DNA of 64,000 bases, from assembly GCA_051362555.1 (NCBI GenBank), contig CM120640.1, forward strand, positions 54,972,788 through 55,036,787, in the 5' to 3' direction. The position numbers and the translations under genes were made by a program. Position 1 is the stretch's first letter, and every line of letters begins with the position of its first letter. The notes under the pieces were generated by a model, which had not been told where the DNA came from, searched no databases, and saw only the letters and a program-made list of their open reading frames with translations. Source of the stretch: Lingula anatina. Taxonomy: Eukaryota; Animalia; Brachiopoda. Shown piece after piece: positions 40,101 through 53,986 of this stretch.

Positions 40101-40673
40101 TATTGGTTTTCCTATATTGCTAAATACTGTTGAAGCTAGAACATCCCTGCCCAAAGGACACATAGAGTTAGCATACAGGAACTGAGGTCTAAAGCACATA
40201 TCAAGCTTGCTACCTTCTTTGCCACCTCTAACAGAAGATAGCTTCCTACATCATAAGGTAACGTGATCTTCAGTTATTAATTTGGTTGTTATGGAAACTG
40301 AGAATCATTTGTTTCATTCTAAAGTCATACCTGAGATCAAAGGTCTCATACTACACTGACACGCTGAAGTATTGATTTTATAAATAAAGCCTTCACATTT
40401 TCTATTGATCTAAGGTAGAACAAGTTATGAGGATTAGTTTAGTATAGTGGGTGTGTGATGTGATAGATGTGTTCAGACTTTAAGTTTAGTGCAAAGATCA
40501 CAATCACACTCTGTCACACCTAACACATTTCTTCAACACCAACCTTTTCTTGCTGATTATTTTACAGCAAAAGGCATTCAACTTACCTCAAAAAGTACAT
40601 TCTCTCACAGAGGGCCACCAAACCAAATCAAGATCATTCTTCTATCTATATGAACCAAATGCACTGTGCTCAC

Positions 40674-40900
40674 CTGTATGAGGTCTGTTTGTGAATTGTG
40701 AAGTGGTTGTATCTGTCTGGCACGTGAAGGTCCGGTGACAGGCGCAGATGTTGTATCGTTGACATAACATGGCCATCTACCCCATCATCACACCTAGACT
40801 CCAGCAACTGCTCCATGTCGTTGCTTCCTGCTTCGTCTTCCAACTCTGTTTCAGCACCACTTGCCATGGCTGTCTCAGAGGAGCTGACAGTCATTTCATC
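40674..40900 (-). CDS. DGKZ: Alternative N-terminal exon, DGK-iota-like: DEMTVSSSETAMASG...FTIHKQTSY(R)
   Basis: Acceptor ttgtttgcag|GAT and donor TAC AG|gtgagc (phase 2, compatible with 19124); 227 nt open, in-frame ATG at 40894. KQTSYR|KAI resembles my recollection of vertebrate DGKI KQVSYRKAI. Confidence 0.85.
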
Positions 40901-41050
40901 CTGCAAACAATAAATACAAAGTCTTAGCCACTGTCTATTCATTACAGTTCAGATATGCAGACCATTCTCTAGTTAAGTTCAGCTTTGTGAACAGATTTAA
41001 GAAGACATCTAGAAAAGATGATTCTCAACACTGAAAACATTGTTTATATA

Positions 41051-41664
41051 TGTAACTATGTATAAATATGCACTCGTCTCGAGTTGTCTTGTTTTGTGAC
41101 TTGCTGTGATTCTGACGCCCCCTAATTGGTGTTTTGTCTATGTTCCTTTGTTCTGTCTTCCCGCGTCTGTGTCATGTGACGTCTCGTTATAAAAGACCTT
41201 GGCGCCGGATTTTCAAACAGTGCTGGAGTTGCTGTACATCTGTCTGTATGTGGTAAGTTGAGGATAGTCTAGTAAATTCTAGTTCAGTTTAGTATCTGCT
41301 ATTCTATCTTGTCTTTTACGTGTCCAACTCTATTGCACTATGCTATACTACAGCATTCTCTACTATCTAGTTTTCAGACCAAGCCACCTATTGGTGTAAC
41401 CAGCACTCTTTCTAAAACACCCTTGAATAAGATCAGGGTAAGCCGTTATAAGCCGTAGTAATCTGTATCAAATGTATTATTTCTTTATCAAAGATGTAAA
41501 CATAGAACTATAGAAATATAAGTGTTTAACAGTTACAGGAACTACATAGTTATTATTTGTTGTATGTCATTTTATCTAATTATATGTCACTGCTTATTAC
41601 AGGGGGAAAATTTCAGTTATACCAATAAATATATTTTAAACCACAAGAGAGTCCGTCTGTTACA
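41051..41664 (+). mobile_element. Solo LTR (614 bp), probably BEL/Pao or Gypsy
   Basis: TGTAAC...GTTACA terminal inverted repeat, TATATA on both flanks, TATAAAA at 41188, AATAAA at 41624, CpG-richer 5' part, internal GTAAG...TTTCAG/TTACAG splice-like signals. Confidence 0.75.
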
Positions 41665-41670
41665 TATATA

Positions 41671-41735
41671 TTGAATGTGAGGGGATATATATATATAACT
41701 GTCTAAAACACCTTAAAAACTCCCCTCACATTCAA
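41671..41735. repeat. Perfect 15-bp inverted repeat TTGAATGTGAGGGGA / TCCCCTCACATTCAA with a 35-nt spacer
   Basis: Read directly; lies immediately next to the solo LTR. Confidence 0.8.
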
Positions 41736-44700
41736 GAGACAAGGAGATAAAGATGAAACACCTTTCTATTTTGGTAAACAATCTCTGTCATTTCGTCCAG
41801 GACTCGAATAACAATATTTACAACAGCTTAACATTACATGTCAGTCTTATTTGTATACTATGGCAGAAAAAAATAGTTTAAGAAAGAAGTGGATTGCTCC
41901 TCTGGTTCACATCCCTATGTTATGTTAAGCATATACAAAATGAAACACTGTGTAGACTAGTGGATCCCATGTTTTGCTCATGGGGAAGGGCATGGGGGGA
42001 TACATTTTAAGAGGATATCATTTACCCAATAATCCTAACAGAACCTCCAACCTTTCCCATCAATCTTCTTCACACACTGACATAAGCGCACTTCTTATTG
42101 CTGTGCATTATAGTCACAACGGGGTTGAAACTGCACACACAAAGTTACCTTCATATATACAAAAGATGTATTATGGGAACTATATATAGGAATTAACCCT
42201 GTAAGCTACATGTAACACATACTCCACATACATACATACATACATCAACCATATTCTTATTCCTCTTCAGTAAAAACTCTGCAACATCACAATCATCATG
42301 AGCATTATTATCATCTAACCCTGGAAGTGAAACATCTAACCATAGTCGCTTCTACTGCATTATCATACAGACCCAAAGAATAAAACAATGGCTATTGTAA
42401 CAGCATCTAGGTTCTACCAAAACAGATTCCAAACTTCGATATATACTATCTGCTGTCCTTTTTCTTCTAATCATGAATGTAAACCACCAAATCTAAGCAT
42501 ATATGTAGCTGTTATTAACCTCTTTCTGGTTCTGCTTTCTACAAACATGTATAGTGACTATCTTTACTAGTTCAGCAAACTGCAGATTCTCTTTAAATTT
42601 TGGTTGCCCCTCTTGAAGGAAATAACATGATTACCTACAAAGTACCATTTTGACTTGTTCTGTGTGTATCATATCCTAGATCATTTAATATAATAGAACC
42701 TATCTATAGTTGCTTAATAACATACTCTACCACAGAGATGTTTTTGTCATTAAAATTATCATGCCATAAAAATAATAACACTAGAACTTAAAAAGTACAA
42801 TAAGAATTTATTAATTACTATATCCTAATCATATATTTTGAAGATAAAAGGAGCTTGACACCTAAGCACTTGTTAGAATAGATGTTTTGTAAAATGTTTG
42901 CTTTCATTTTGCTGTAATATGTGAATTTATTTAATGCTGGTTCTGCTCACTATTTATAACATATACATGTAATAAAATTTTTAAAAAAATGCTACAATGT
43001 GGAAATCACAGAAATCATGCCTCAACTGCTATAAACTCGTTTTTTTCAATGATACTTATTTTTACAACACACTCTTTAAAGATATCATTATGTCTTCAAC
43101 ATGGCTAAACATAGTTTTTTTAATTTCAGATCTCTAAACACACCTTTGCACAAGAGCACACATATACACAAATTCACCCCAGAACATTTCATAATCATAA
43201 TTCTCAAATTTTCAGTCATTTAGTACTAGTTAAGTATACCGGTATATGCTAGCTGTGGTTATAGGCAAATCTGTCCATAATTTGCCTGTATTTTTATAAT
43301 GTTTCAGAACAATATACTCTGCTGCATGTTGTTATATACATAATGATTATTTTGATCTATCAAAACACCTGCATGTGCTAGCATATAAACATACATATTT
43401 CAAAAAATAATAATAATAATGACAAGCAGCATTAGCAGGGTTCTCTATAGGTTCTATATTACAATATGTCTCAAGTGTGAAAGCATGTGCAGTAGTTTCA
43501 TTTTACTACCTGATAACAAAACCCGCTGGTACAGACAGAAGTTCAAGGTTAGTAACATAGGTTAGTAATTAATATATGCTACTGTGAAACAAACATACAG
43601 ACAATACTAGTAGTCCACTGAGATTAAGCTTTAATCATTCTGTGCATTATATATCTACAACTATGTGCAGGTGGTTATGTTGAAATAACTTAACCTTTAA
43701 ATAACCCTTATTTCAAACACAAATCAAAGCACTGAAATATTTCTTTCTGAATATGTATATATACATACATAAAAAGTCTTCTGCCCATATCAAGAGATCA
43801 TGCTGAAAGAGTTCTGAAATGTATTCCACTTACTTGTAACAACAGTGCAGAGTAATGCAACCAGTATCAGAAGTGGTAACATCCATATTATCTTTACCCA
43901 TGAATCAAGTCAATGGTTGTGTTAGAATAGCAAACACCCTGGTGAAGTACTCTACCTGCTCACATGTATTAAGGTTACAGGTGTGAAATAAAGCCACTCG
44001 ATATATGGCCTCAGAAAGAAGAAACCTGCTATGAAATCTGCACAATAAACATAATTACAATAATGCACAGTTTATTAAGATCTTTATCACGACTGATGTC
44101 TTTATTCTGTTGTTTATGGCAGGAGGAATTCTCAACAGTAAACAATTAAGGGTTATCTTCTTTGAATTATAACAATAGGTACATGTATGCGTGACTTGTA
44201 GGTGTAGTTCAAGTAACATTTTTGCTTTTATTTTTATCTTTTTTTACATAAATTTGCAAATTATTCCTATAATACCTTATACTGTCTCCTTGGGTCTTAT
44301 ACTGTCTACTTACATACATGTCAGGTAAAGGTGATCATGTATCATTAAGTAAGTTTCCACAGCACTGAAAAACTAGACCAATAATGGATTGGACCTAAAG
44401 CCATGTTTCTAGATGAGTCAACCTATCTGATCTGGGTACAACACATCTGAGGGGGCTCTTGATTATGATCAGCTCACTGAAATCACTACATATAATCTCT
44501 TTGTTGTCGCAGCCAAAGTCACTGTTATTGAGGCGAGTTTCCAGCTATTAGATATTGACTGCCAACAATAATGGAGCTAAATTGTATGCAGACAACAAGC
44601 TAAAACTGGCCATACTGAGTAAGTTTGACCCAATTTGACAAGAAATACATGTACGGTACACTGGCAGCCTGTCGCCTAAAAAAACACATCTTCTGACCAT

Positions 44701-46806
44701 AATATCAAACAAGCTTTTGCAATTAACCTTTTTCTTAGTTAACATTTGTACATATGGCAACATAAAGAAAAGTACAGATTGATTATTCTTACCACTGCCT
44801 CAAGTTCAGTGCAAAATAAACCAATTAGTTCTTGGTTAGGCAAGTTTCTTTAACAGATTTCATTAAATAGAAAACTTGACAAATAAAAAATATCTCATTA
44901 CCATTATCAAAAGACTGCTGAGCATATGCAGCTGTAAATACTTCTGCTTTATGCTATGACAATAAGTGCTGGAAATAGCATGACTTTGAATAATTGAGTG
45001 CAAATAAATTAATATGCAATTCCAATACTCCTGTGGGAACAGCTTTTATCAATCACAATATCAAACATGTAATTGTCATTGGGCTTACAATCTGTTTATT
45101 TTCAAACAAAACAATATTGTACCTTCAAGTATCAACATGTTATCTACAGTGTCATTGTCCATTTTAGAGCATGATACTTTCCAAACTGATACAATTATTC
45201 CCCATGTAACTTCTACATGTAGCGTGTGTGTAGTTGTGAAATCTGCTAAAATCATTGTTCATTCACTTCTTTACACTTGAGAATGTACATAATCATTCTC
45301 CTTTTCATTACTTGACCTATGTGAACAATGTCAGCAGTGTCTTTCATTGGAAGGGTTGCCTCTGTGTTCTTACACAGATAAAAAATGTCATCTTTCATTA
45401 CGCAGATCATCTAAACCGAAGCCAAGTAATCAGAGTAATGACTGTGTCCTAGCTAGTATGATAGTCTGATGAGAACCTATTCAGTCACATCACATCAAAG
45501 ACAGTGACATTTAGTTTGCATTAAACCCATTCCCAGCAGTATCAATGCATGTTCAAGTCAAACTACATTTGCTTAAGAGGCTTAGAGAACAGGAAAAAAT
45601 CTATGCTCATCATAATTTTTTAAAGTATTCAACTAAAAAGATGAGTGCTGACTTCTATCTATCTATCTATCTACCTATCTGTCTCTAAATATCAGATTTC
45701 TACCCAGAATGAGAACTTGTTGACACTCACAGTAAACTGTTGTATTCAGTCAGTTCAAGCAAACACCACTGAAGTTCTAATTTAAAGGTACCTTTACATC
45801 ATTTTAGTGCCAAATCTTATTTTCTCCTGAGAAAAAAGGCAATTTTTCTGCTACTAACTAATCAGTCCTTGACGCATCCATGCACTTGTATTCAAGTTTT
45901 GTATCATTTTATAATTAAATAACTTAGTTGTAAATGATTCATGGTTTGTTTAACTGCCAGTGTCGTCAGAAACAAATATTAACATAAGATACTTAAATTA
46001 ATTTTAAGTGGTTTTATAAGTTTTAAGGTCTGAATTGAGATAGATAAATTGATTTGCAGGACAATAAGACAAAAAATATAACTAGTACATTTCCAAATAT
46101 ATAGAGTATACATGTACCTTTTAGAGACATTTTCAAAGTACTTTCCACTACTCATTCTATCAAATTGTAACCTGTATTTAGTACTGAAATAAACAAATAA
46201 ATGGAAAGAATGGCTGTTTATATGCACTGTAGTTTGTGGTCCATTTTTCTCAAAGCCAAAGATTGTCTGGGAGTTCAGAATATAAGACTCATGAAAAAAT
46301 CTATATCATAAGTAACAAAAGGTCTATTTTGGGTTGCTACCCTGATTGGTAATGAGGCAATGTCAGAAAAAGAATACATGTAGTTCTATTCTTGTAAATG
46401 TTCTTATCATTCCCTACTACTTGCTTATGTAACTATGTTGTACTAGTTTTGATTGCTGTAGAGATGCTGCAAATATGTAAATCTGGTGACAGGAACACAA
46501 AGGCAAATGCATAGCTGCTAAACGAAAGCAAATCCATATATTATAGTCTTTGAAAGTGGTTTGCTTTATTGGTTTCTTCACTATCAATAATAACAATTTT
46601 ATGATATACATGTTTATATTAATCACTCGAGATATCAGCCCAGTTTATTTTGCAACAATCACCTGTGATTCTCCACAGTAGATTCAATCCTGTGGTAGCA
46701 ACATATATATAGCAGCTACATTCTGAATCCCAAACTGTTTTAAAACTTCTATGGCTCAAAACCAATACCATGAAATATAATTCTGCATGGAATTTTCTCA
46801 ATTAAT

Positions 46807-47000
46807 AAAGGCAGCAAAGCTGTCAATTGTACTGACAAAAAAGAAAAAGAAATAAAAATGATGCATAAAATTGGTTATTTTGTCAATTTTGATACAATAC
46901 TACATTGTGCTTAACAGCAAAGTTGATACCAAATTTTAATCATGCACAACAGATAAGATGATGTTAGGAATATATAACTAGTACTGTATAAGGCTTCATA
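46807..47000 (+). mobile_element. 5' fragment of the HINE-like family
   Basis: AAGGCAGCAAAGCTGTCAATTGTACTGAC and the following ~190 bp resemble 2813-3000. Confidence 0.65.
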
Positions 47001-49693
47001 TATAGTTTTTTCTCCCATTCTTATCATGATTATAAATTAACAACATCTGTCTGTTTCACTTTCTATCTCTCTGCATCACTTTGCACATAACTGCTTTCAA
47101 CATTATATAAGGTAAATAGTTGAATGAGTAATACTCAGCTTTATGTTACAATCAATTGGTTTTCCTTGCTGAGGTACTCTAGTAGCCTACAAAAAGATTG
47201 AGAAAAATATCAATTTGTCATTATGTAACCTAACCTCAGATGTTTTCTACGTGGAGGTTGTATGCTTTTCATGTCTGTCAATATAGACATAACACATCCA
47301 GACTCTGAAACTGAAGATCCATCTTTGTCTAGACAGTATGTTAACCACAAAGGTTTTTATACATCCACCAGGAAGTGAGAGAGGGGAAGGGGGGAGTCTA
47401 ACAAAAAGAAATACCACATGACCAAGGTATATATGGCATTGCATCTTATCTGAATGGGCAAGTACAAAATAAACATTTCCACACATAAAAAATAATAGTC
47501 ATGTAACATGATGACATCATTACAATACATGCTCATGTTATATGACTATATTACACATCATACTTGTACCATATACTTCTATAAATGTGAAAAACTTTCA
47601 ATATCTTTACCCAAACATGATGAACTCTGTCAACAGCAAATACAGAAATATGTGCACAAACATATGCACACATTTATCAATAATTACACACTGGCAATTA
47701 CCCGATCCTTTCATAAATGTGTATTCACTCCTTAATAGCGAGAAAAGATTCAACATGAACTGTACTTGACAGACACACTGCATCCATTTACAACGTCAAC
47801 CAAGGCAAAATATATATATGTATTACAACAGTGACAATGTACTAGTAATATATATGTATTACATCCAGGCTTTATGCCCTCTACCTGACACCTAGCTGAT
47901 AATCAATATAATAATTCAGCTTAACTGAACATATGGACTGTCATAACTGTCTAATTATGTTTTTGTTGCAAGTAAAAAGGTGCAGGTGAAGTTTTTCTTT
48001 ACTTTTTTTTTTCCTTTTTGTTATCGCTGATGTGGGTTATTTCAGGTTTTTATGCACAAAATAATTCAATCACCATTCCAAACATAATTATCAATCCACA
48101 CACACCTTGTAATGTAGTGTAAAATGATGAGTATTTTCTCTCAATATCAGGACTCTATGACTGATATATAATAGTAGCAATATTGACATAGTGATAATGG
48201 GCATAACACATTATCTTGTTGAAGGCTGCAATATAATTTCAATTACAAGCTGCATATGTTGGACAGGACTACAAGACAAATAAGGTCATACACATACCTG
48301 AATGGTTAGCCACTGAGAAAACTAGCAGAACAATTTCTACTACAGCCTACAATGACACAAGTGTTTTACAATGACACAAGTGTTTTCTTTTCAGAATTGG
48401 TTTGTAAGAAATATGTTTTTTTTTCCTCAAGTAAATCCTGCACCATGAATCTTGAAAGAAGTTTGCTCTCTTTCCTGTAGCAGTGGTCAAAGGAGAATGA
48501 ATCAGATGACAGCCAAGTTTAAAACTGAACACACCAAAGGGATAAAAAAAATTAACTAAAATAAGATTTTTGGCAAAAAAAAAGTATACACCTTATCTTG
48601 ACAAATATTTAAGACACAATTTCTAACACTGATATATCACCTCAACAACAAATAGGCACCTTTCCTTCCTTTACATGCCCCTTTAAATAATACCAAATTG
48701 AATACCTTAAACCTTCTGCTGACAACTGCAAACCCATAGCCATACCTTTACTAGTATATATATAAACCACACAAACATACTACCTTACAATGCAGAAATG
48801 TTCACATTACACAGGCAAAGAAACCCAAGGTTGTGTTTGCATGATCATTCGCCAAAAAAAGTACCATGCATGGGTTCCTTATAACTTATTAAACACATTT
48901 GTTTACTTTGTACCAAGCACCTTAAATTTTACTTCCTTGTTACCATTCTATTCAAGTCAGTGCATATGCGTACCATAAAACTGCACTGATCAATATGTAC
49001 TGACTTCAAATAAATTGTTGTGTTGTGTTGTATTATGTCATGTTGTGTTGTATGGTATTGTGATGACATTGTCCAGTGGTCCTGTACCATCCTGTACAAC
49101 TACTTCCTGGATAGACTGGTATATCATTATGCCCCCCCCCCCCCCCCTTTCACTCACATACATGCACACACACACACATCATAAGCCAAAACATACAATT
49201 ATCCATGGACATACAAAATTATAAACTACAGCATACTGGGAACAATTTATGCCATATATACTCAAGATAAATTTGCTACTTTTTTCCAACAAAATTCAGA
49301 AATGAGGGCTGCCACCCACTTGGATGCAGTAGTTTTATCTGCTGACTCCATACACAGATCTAATGTGCATCAAAGCTACATGCAGCACTCAAGTACAAGT
49401 ATTTGCATGTTTATGTGTACAACATGTCACACACTATAAAGATGCATCATATTAATATGAGATGCAATGGTTTCTGATGTAATAGTAAACCTCATCCCAA
49501 CATTTCCATATACTGCATGATAAGTTTCTTATGTAATATTATCTTTTTCTAAACAAGTAATTAAATTCACTTTCATACTAGTACTCCTTCCCCTCACCAA
49601 CCACTCTTTCACCCATCACACTTAACAATAGTTAACTCATACAATAAAGCACCAATAAATTTGACTTTCAACAAGTATGAAGACCTAATTTAC

Positions 49694-49765
49694 CGTGGCC
49701 CGGTTTATGAGCTGAAGCAACATGTTCCGTATCCTGTGAAGATAAAATGTCATACCGTGGCTCAT
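49694..49765 (-). CDS. Candidate first coding exon MSHGMTFYLHRIRNMLLQLINRAT, phase 0 to the 40900 acceptor
   Basis: Locally CpG-enriched, in-frame stop just upstream of the ATG, donor ACG|gtaaat, 72 nt. Confidence 0.45.
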
Positions 49766-51864
49766 CCATTAACCTTGACTTCCACCTCCATCAAACACCA
49801 TATCATACATCAAGGAACTTATAATTCAGCAGACTTGGCAACAGGAAGGGATTACCTTTTCTGCTGAGGGTGTATTTTCCCTAGGCTCTTTCTGTTTGTT
49901 CGTCGCTTTCCAAATCTCAGTTTGGTCATGACGTGCAAATAAAAACTACCCTACAAGTAGATACTACACCAACAGGCCACAAGTACTGTCATAAATATAG
50001 CACTTATCAGATGGAGCAAATATTTGACAGCATAATTTTACGATTTTGCAAGAATCAATTTTTCAGAAGATAACCTTTTAAGTTATCTATCACAGAACTT
50101 TTTTAAAGAGAAATGTGGTATTACTTAAAAAATACAGATAAAATGCAGCATACCATATCCCCATTTTAATAATGGATGAAAAATCCTTTGTAGACTTTTT
50201 AGGGTATTTACAACTTGAGCAGCAGAACAAATTAAGGGTTTCTGTCAAAGAGCATCTTAGTAAAAACTAATCTCTTATCCAACCTCATGAACTATACTAA
50301 TAATTAAGTTGTGCTTCTTAAATCATTTGATTTACAATACGAAAAAAAACAGGTCTTTAAAACAGCATTTCATTTCGAGTTCCCACATTGCAATCTGGCT
50401 GATATTAAAGGGACAATAACTCTTTGTATGAGATCTATATTTCACAATAAAAACATTGTGAACAACTCATAGAAGTATAATATATTCTGTTGTACCACAA
50501 AAACGGCATTTATAGCTATTATTCTGATATCTAAGCTTGTCTTTAGACCACGTGACCTCCATTGACGGCTATACTCTGTTATAATCTCTAAAGAAATTTT
50601 AACAAAAAAAAAACTTTTTAGAAAAAAAACAGGGACTATCTTTGAATGTAAAAATGGATTCATTAACCATTGGTAAGTATGGGAAAATTGTTGTTTACTC
50701 CAGGAAAATTCATTTTTTGGCCAAAATGAGAGTTATTATCCCTTTACCTATTTGCTTTATATGCCTCTTTCCTAAATTTCCTCTCAATAGTTATGCAGTG
50801 AAATACTAATTATTGGTTCCCTCTCTTTTTGATGTCACTTGTTAAGTACGTAAAAACAAGGCACCCAACTAGTTAGATGGACAGACATATAGATGTCAAG
50901 ACTGACATATGTTTTTACCTCTAACTGTATTTTAGGCCTACATCTCAAGTTTTAAAATAATAAGTAACACAGTTTTCCTTATTTATTCTGTTTTAGAGTA
51001 AATCCAAGAAAGTGAATTCCATAATGTGACAAAAAATTAAAAATCAATATTTAATTCCCATCCTTTCTTAAATTCCAAATCAAATCTTTACATAAACATG
51101 TGTACATTGTACAAGTTAATGACTGAGCACTGTGAGCTAAGCTTTTAGGTACAGTCAGAAAAAAAAAGCAATAACAAATGTGTTGCATGTGTTCTTTTTC
51201 AGATTGACAAATGGATTTGCAGTTTCTGTGGACACATACATGTTTTTATCCAGCAACATGAAATCTAACTTTATTCAAACTAATTCCAAAAAAGTATTAT
51301 TTCCAACAATCGAGATCACATTTTAGAATGTCTTTAATCTTACAGGCCTTTGAATCAATGTTACTCAAGTTAAAAAAACAGTGAACCAAATTGACAGTTA
51401 AAGTAAATGTTATTGATAACTGTTATTTAAAACCTGCTTCAAAGGTATCTAATAATTCTGACAAGTACTGATCAAAGCTTTGATAACTGCCTAATTCACG
51501 TACATGGAAAAAACTACAACAGAAAAGTGAAAGCATTCAAATATGCAGACCAGTAGCTAAATCAAGACAGCATAGATATGTGTCACTTTAAGCACAGAGC
51601 AAGAATCCTGTAAAACAACAAACCAGTCAAAGCTAGCATACCTCACTTTAAATATGGTGAAAACAAAAACTTCAGACTGAATAATTCAGTCCTAGATATG
51701 AGTCCAAGAAGTTGGTAGGAAAAGAGAGAGATGTGTCTTTAAGCTTTGGTAAATGGGTTCTTATACCTAAATAATGCCACAATTATCAAATGCAAGACCA
51801 AATTTGAGAGAAAAAATTATCTAATACCTTTTGTTGATTTTAATTTATAAGAAAAAAGTATTGA

Positions 51865-52323
51865 AACAAGGCAGCAAAGCTGTCAAATGTTCAGACATTA
51901 CGCAGAAAAAAGTGCACAAAATAATGTTTTGGCCAATTTTGATGCACTGTTACATAATGCTTCAAAACAGCATAATCACTCTTACCCTCTTACATAATGT
52001 ACTACAGGTAACATGGACATTGAAAAAATAGCAAGTGATTCAGTTCTATGGGATATAAAAGCTGCTGAAAATGCTTAGGTGTGAAAAATGAAAATTTCAC
52101 ACAAAAAAAAATATATATAATTACCATAAATGTAAACCGATCATGCCAATTTTCAAAAGCAACCTGCCTCTTTACCAAACAAAGCCACTCAGTAAATTTA
52201 AAGTAAAACAAAAAGTTATGGGGCAAAAATTATATGTCAACTAACAATGAAAGTGACTGCGATGACATGGACAGACAGACCAATCAGGATATATACAGAC
52301 ACCTATGGTGGCTGTATATAAAA
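51865..52323 (+). mobile_element. Short diverged member of the HINE-like family
   Basis: AACAAGGCAGCAAAGCTGTCAAATGT 5' end, GACA microsatellite, 3' hairpin TATATACAGACACC-TAT-GGTGGCTGTATATA then an A-run. Confidence 0.65.
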
Positions 52324-53986
52324 ATTTAAGGAATATCGGATCATGGTCAGTCTTTAAGCTGACCTGAATTTACCATTATGTGCAATCCCAAAAACTTTAA
52401 TCCAAAATGTTTCATATGACTGAGACAGTATTTACAAGGCCAGAATTATTGAAAAAAATTATCTCAAAAAAATACAAGAAATAATCAATCATGCCCAGAT
52501 TTAAACTTGACCTGAATTTTAGCATAACAAGCAACCACTGTACCTTTGAAGCAAAACAGCAAACTGGGTTCCCAGGCATTACAGTTACAGTTACAAGAAA
52601 TGTAAATGGCTTATGGTGCAGCTTTGGCTCCTGTGACACCATCAGCCACAGGTAATGGCAATATCCATTTTTAATACAGAAAATTTTTAGCCATACATGT
52701 ACAAAGTTTTCCTCAAAGAGGCAAGTCTGCACTGATGTTATAGCAACAGCAAGGGAATCATTGCTGCAACCATGTCTATTGAAAAAAAAACTTAATATTA
52801 GTTAAGACATCTTTTGAAATGTAAGGTATATATTCATGGCAGTATCCAACAATATAGACATGAACCCTTATCAAGGATGCCAGCAAAAAGGGTGTCCTAA
52901 ATCTAACTATGGTTAGAATAGCCAATAAGATTCATGGCTTCTTCCATGAAACAGCTAGGAAGTTCAAATATATAAAGCACACTATGATTGTGGCATTGGA
53001 TATTCATGCTATATGCTGTTTGACAAGATTTTTAATGTATTATCCACTGCATTTGAAAGATGAGTTTTGCAAGTGTTGACCAAACAGCTATGATAAAGTG
53101 ATTTAGGCTGCATACCCACAACACATTTGACACAGTCAACCCAAAAGGGAATTGTTGCTAAATTTAAAATTAAGTTTAAAATTACCTAACAATCCCCAAT
53201 GGAGCATATCTCTCCCCTACAGAATTGATACAAGCTGAAAGAAATTGGTTTAGATTGATTCCAGCTGCTGCAATCCAGTGACTAGCAAAAAGCAAAGATA
53301 TTAATCCAGAATTTCTTTCAAACTAATATCATTTCTGGGAATTTGAAATTCTCCTTTCTGCTTACCCATTCATTTTTAATACAGTGTCCAGATTTTGAAA
53401 TGAATAAATACTACAAGATATCATTTACTAACAAAATGCCAAAGAGGATTTACACTATTTTTAATGTCACCATTTTTGCAATCAAATTATAGATGGCCTA
53501 TCCTAGGGATCCATATCCATTAAGAGGGCTTACACTACTCCATCATCATATCAATTTTTTCTAATTGCAAAGGAATCATTTGCTATAAATTTTTCTAAGA
53601 AAATGCTCTCCTGTGGGTTTTACTTAATATAAAAATCACAGCCATTAGTCACCATCAGAACTGGAAAGTGCATGCATCGCAAAATCTTTATAGGAAATCT
53701 TTTGCTTAATAGGTCAACTGAAGAAAAAATCCATGTTTTTGTCTCTTCCATTTAAACTTCTAGCAGGCATTCTTGTCCTAAACAGGGCTCAAAATCATCT
53801 GTATTTAACTTAATATTTCTATGACAGAATAGAAATTGCTTCTAAATGCATGATTTTAAGTAACTGTTATAAAAAATGGAAGTCAAAAATCTGCATAAAG
53901 CACAAAAATATTACATAATGATATGGATTCCAATCATAAAACAACTAATTTCTTTTATACCACAAAACTAATGATTCAGAACTTAC

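Noticed and set aside
40587-40600. ATG TAC TTT TTG AG|gtaagt (MYFLR), a phase-2 micro first exon with a perfect donor
   Set aside because: Too short to distinguish from chance; similar perfect donors occur elsewhere in these introns (~15515, ~30760, ~38730).
44400-44570. Plus-strand peptide ALDYDQLTEITTYNLFVVA...LLDID resembling a cadherin repeat
   Set aside because: Short, bounded by stops and a frameshift, lacks the AxD and DxNDN motifs, and has no neighbouring repeats; probably chance.
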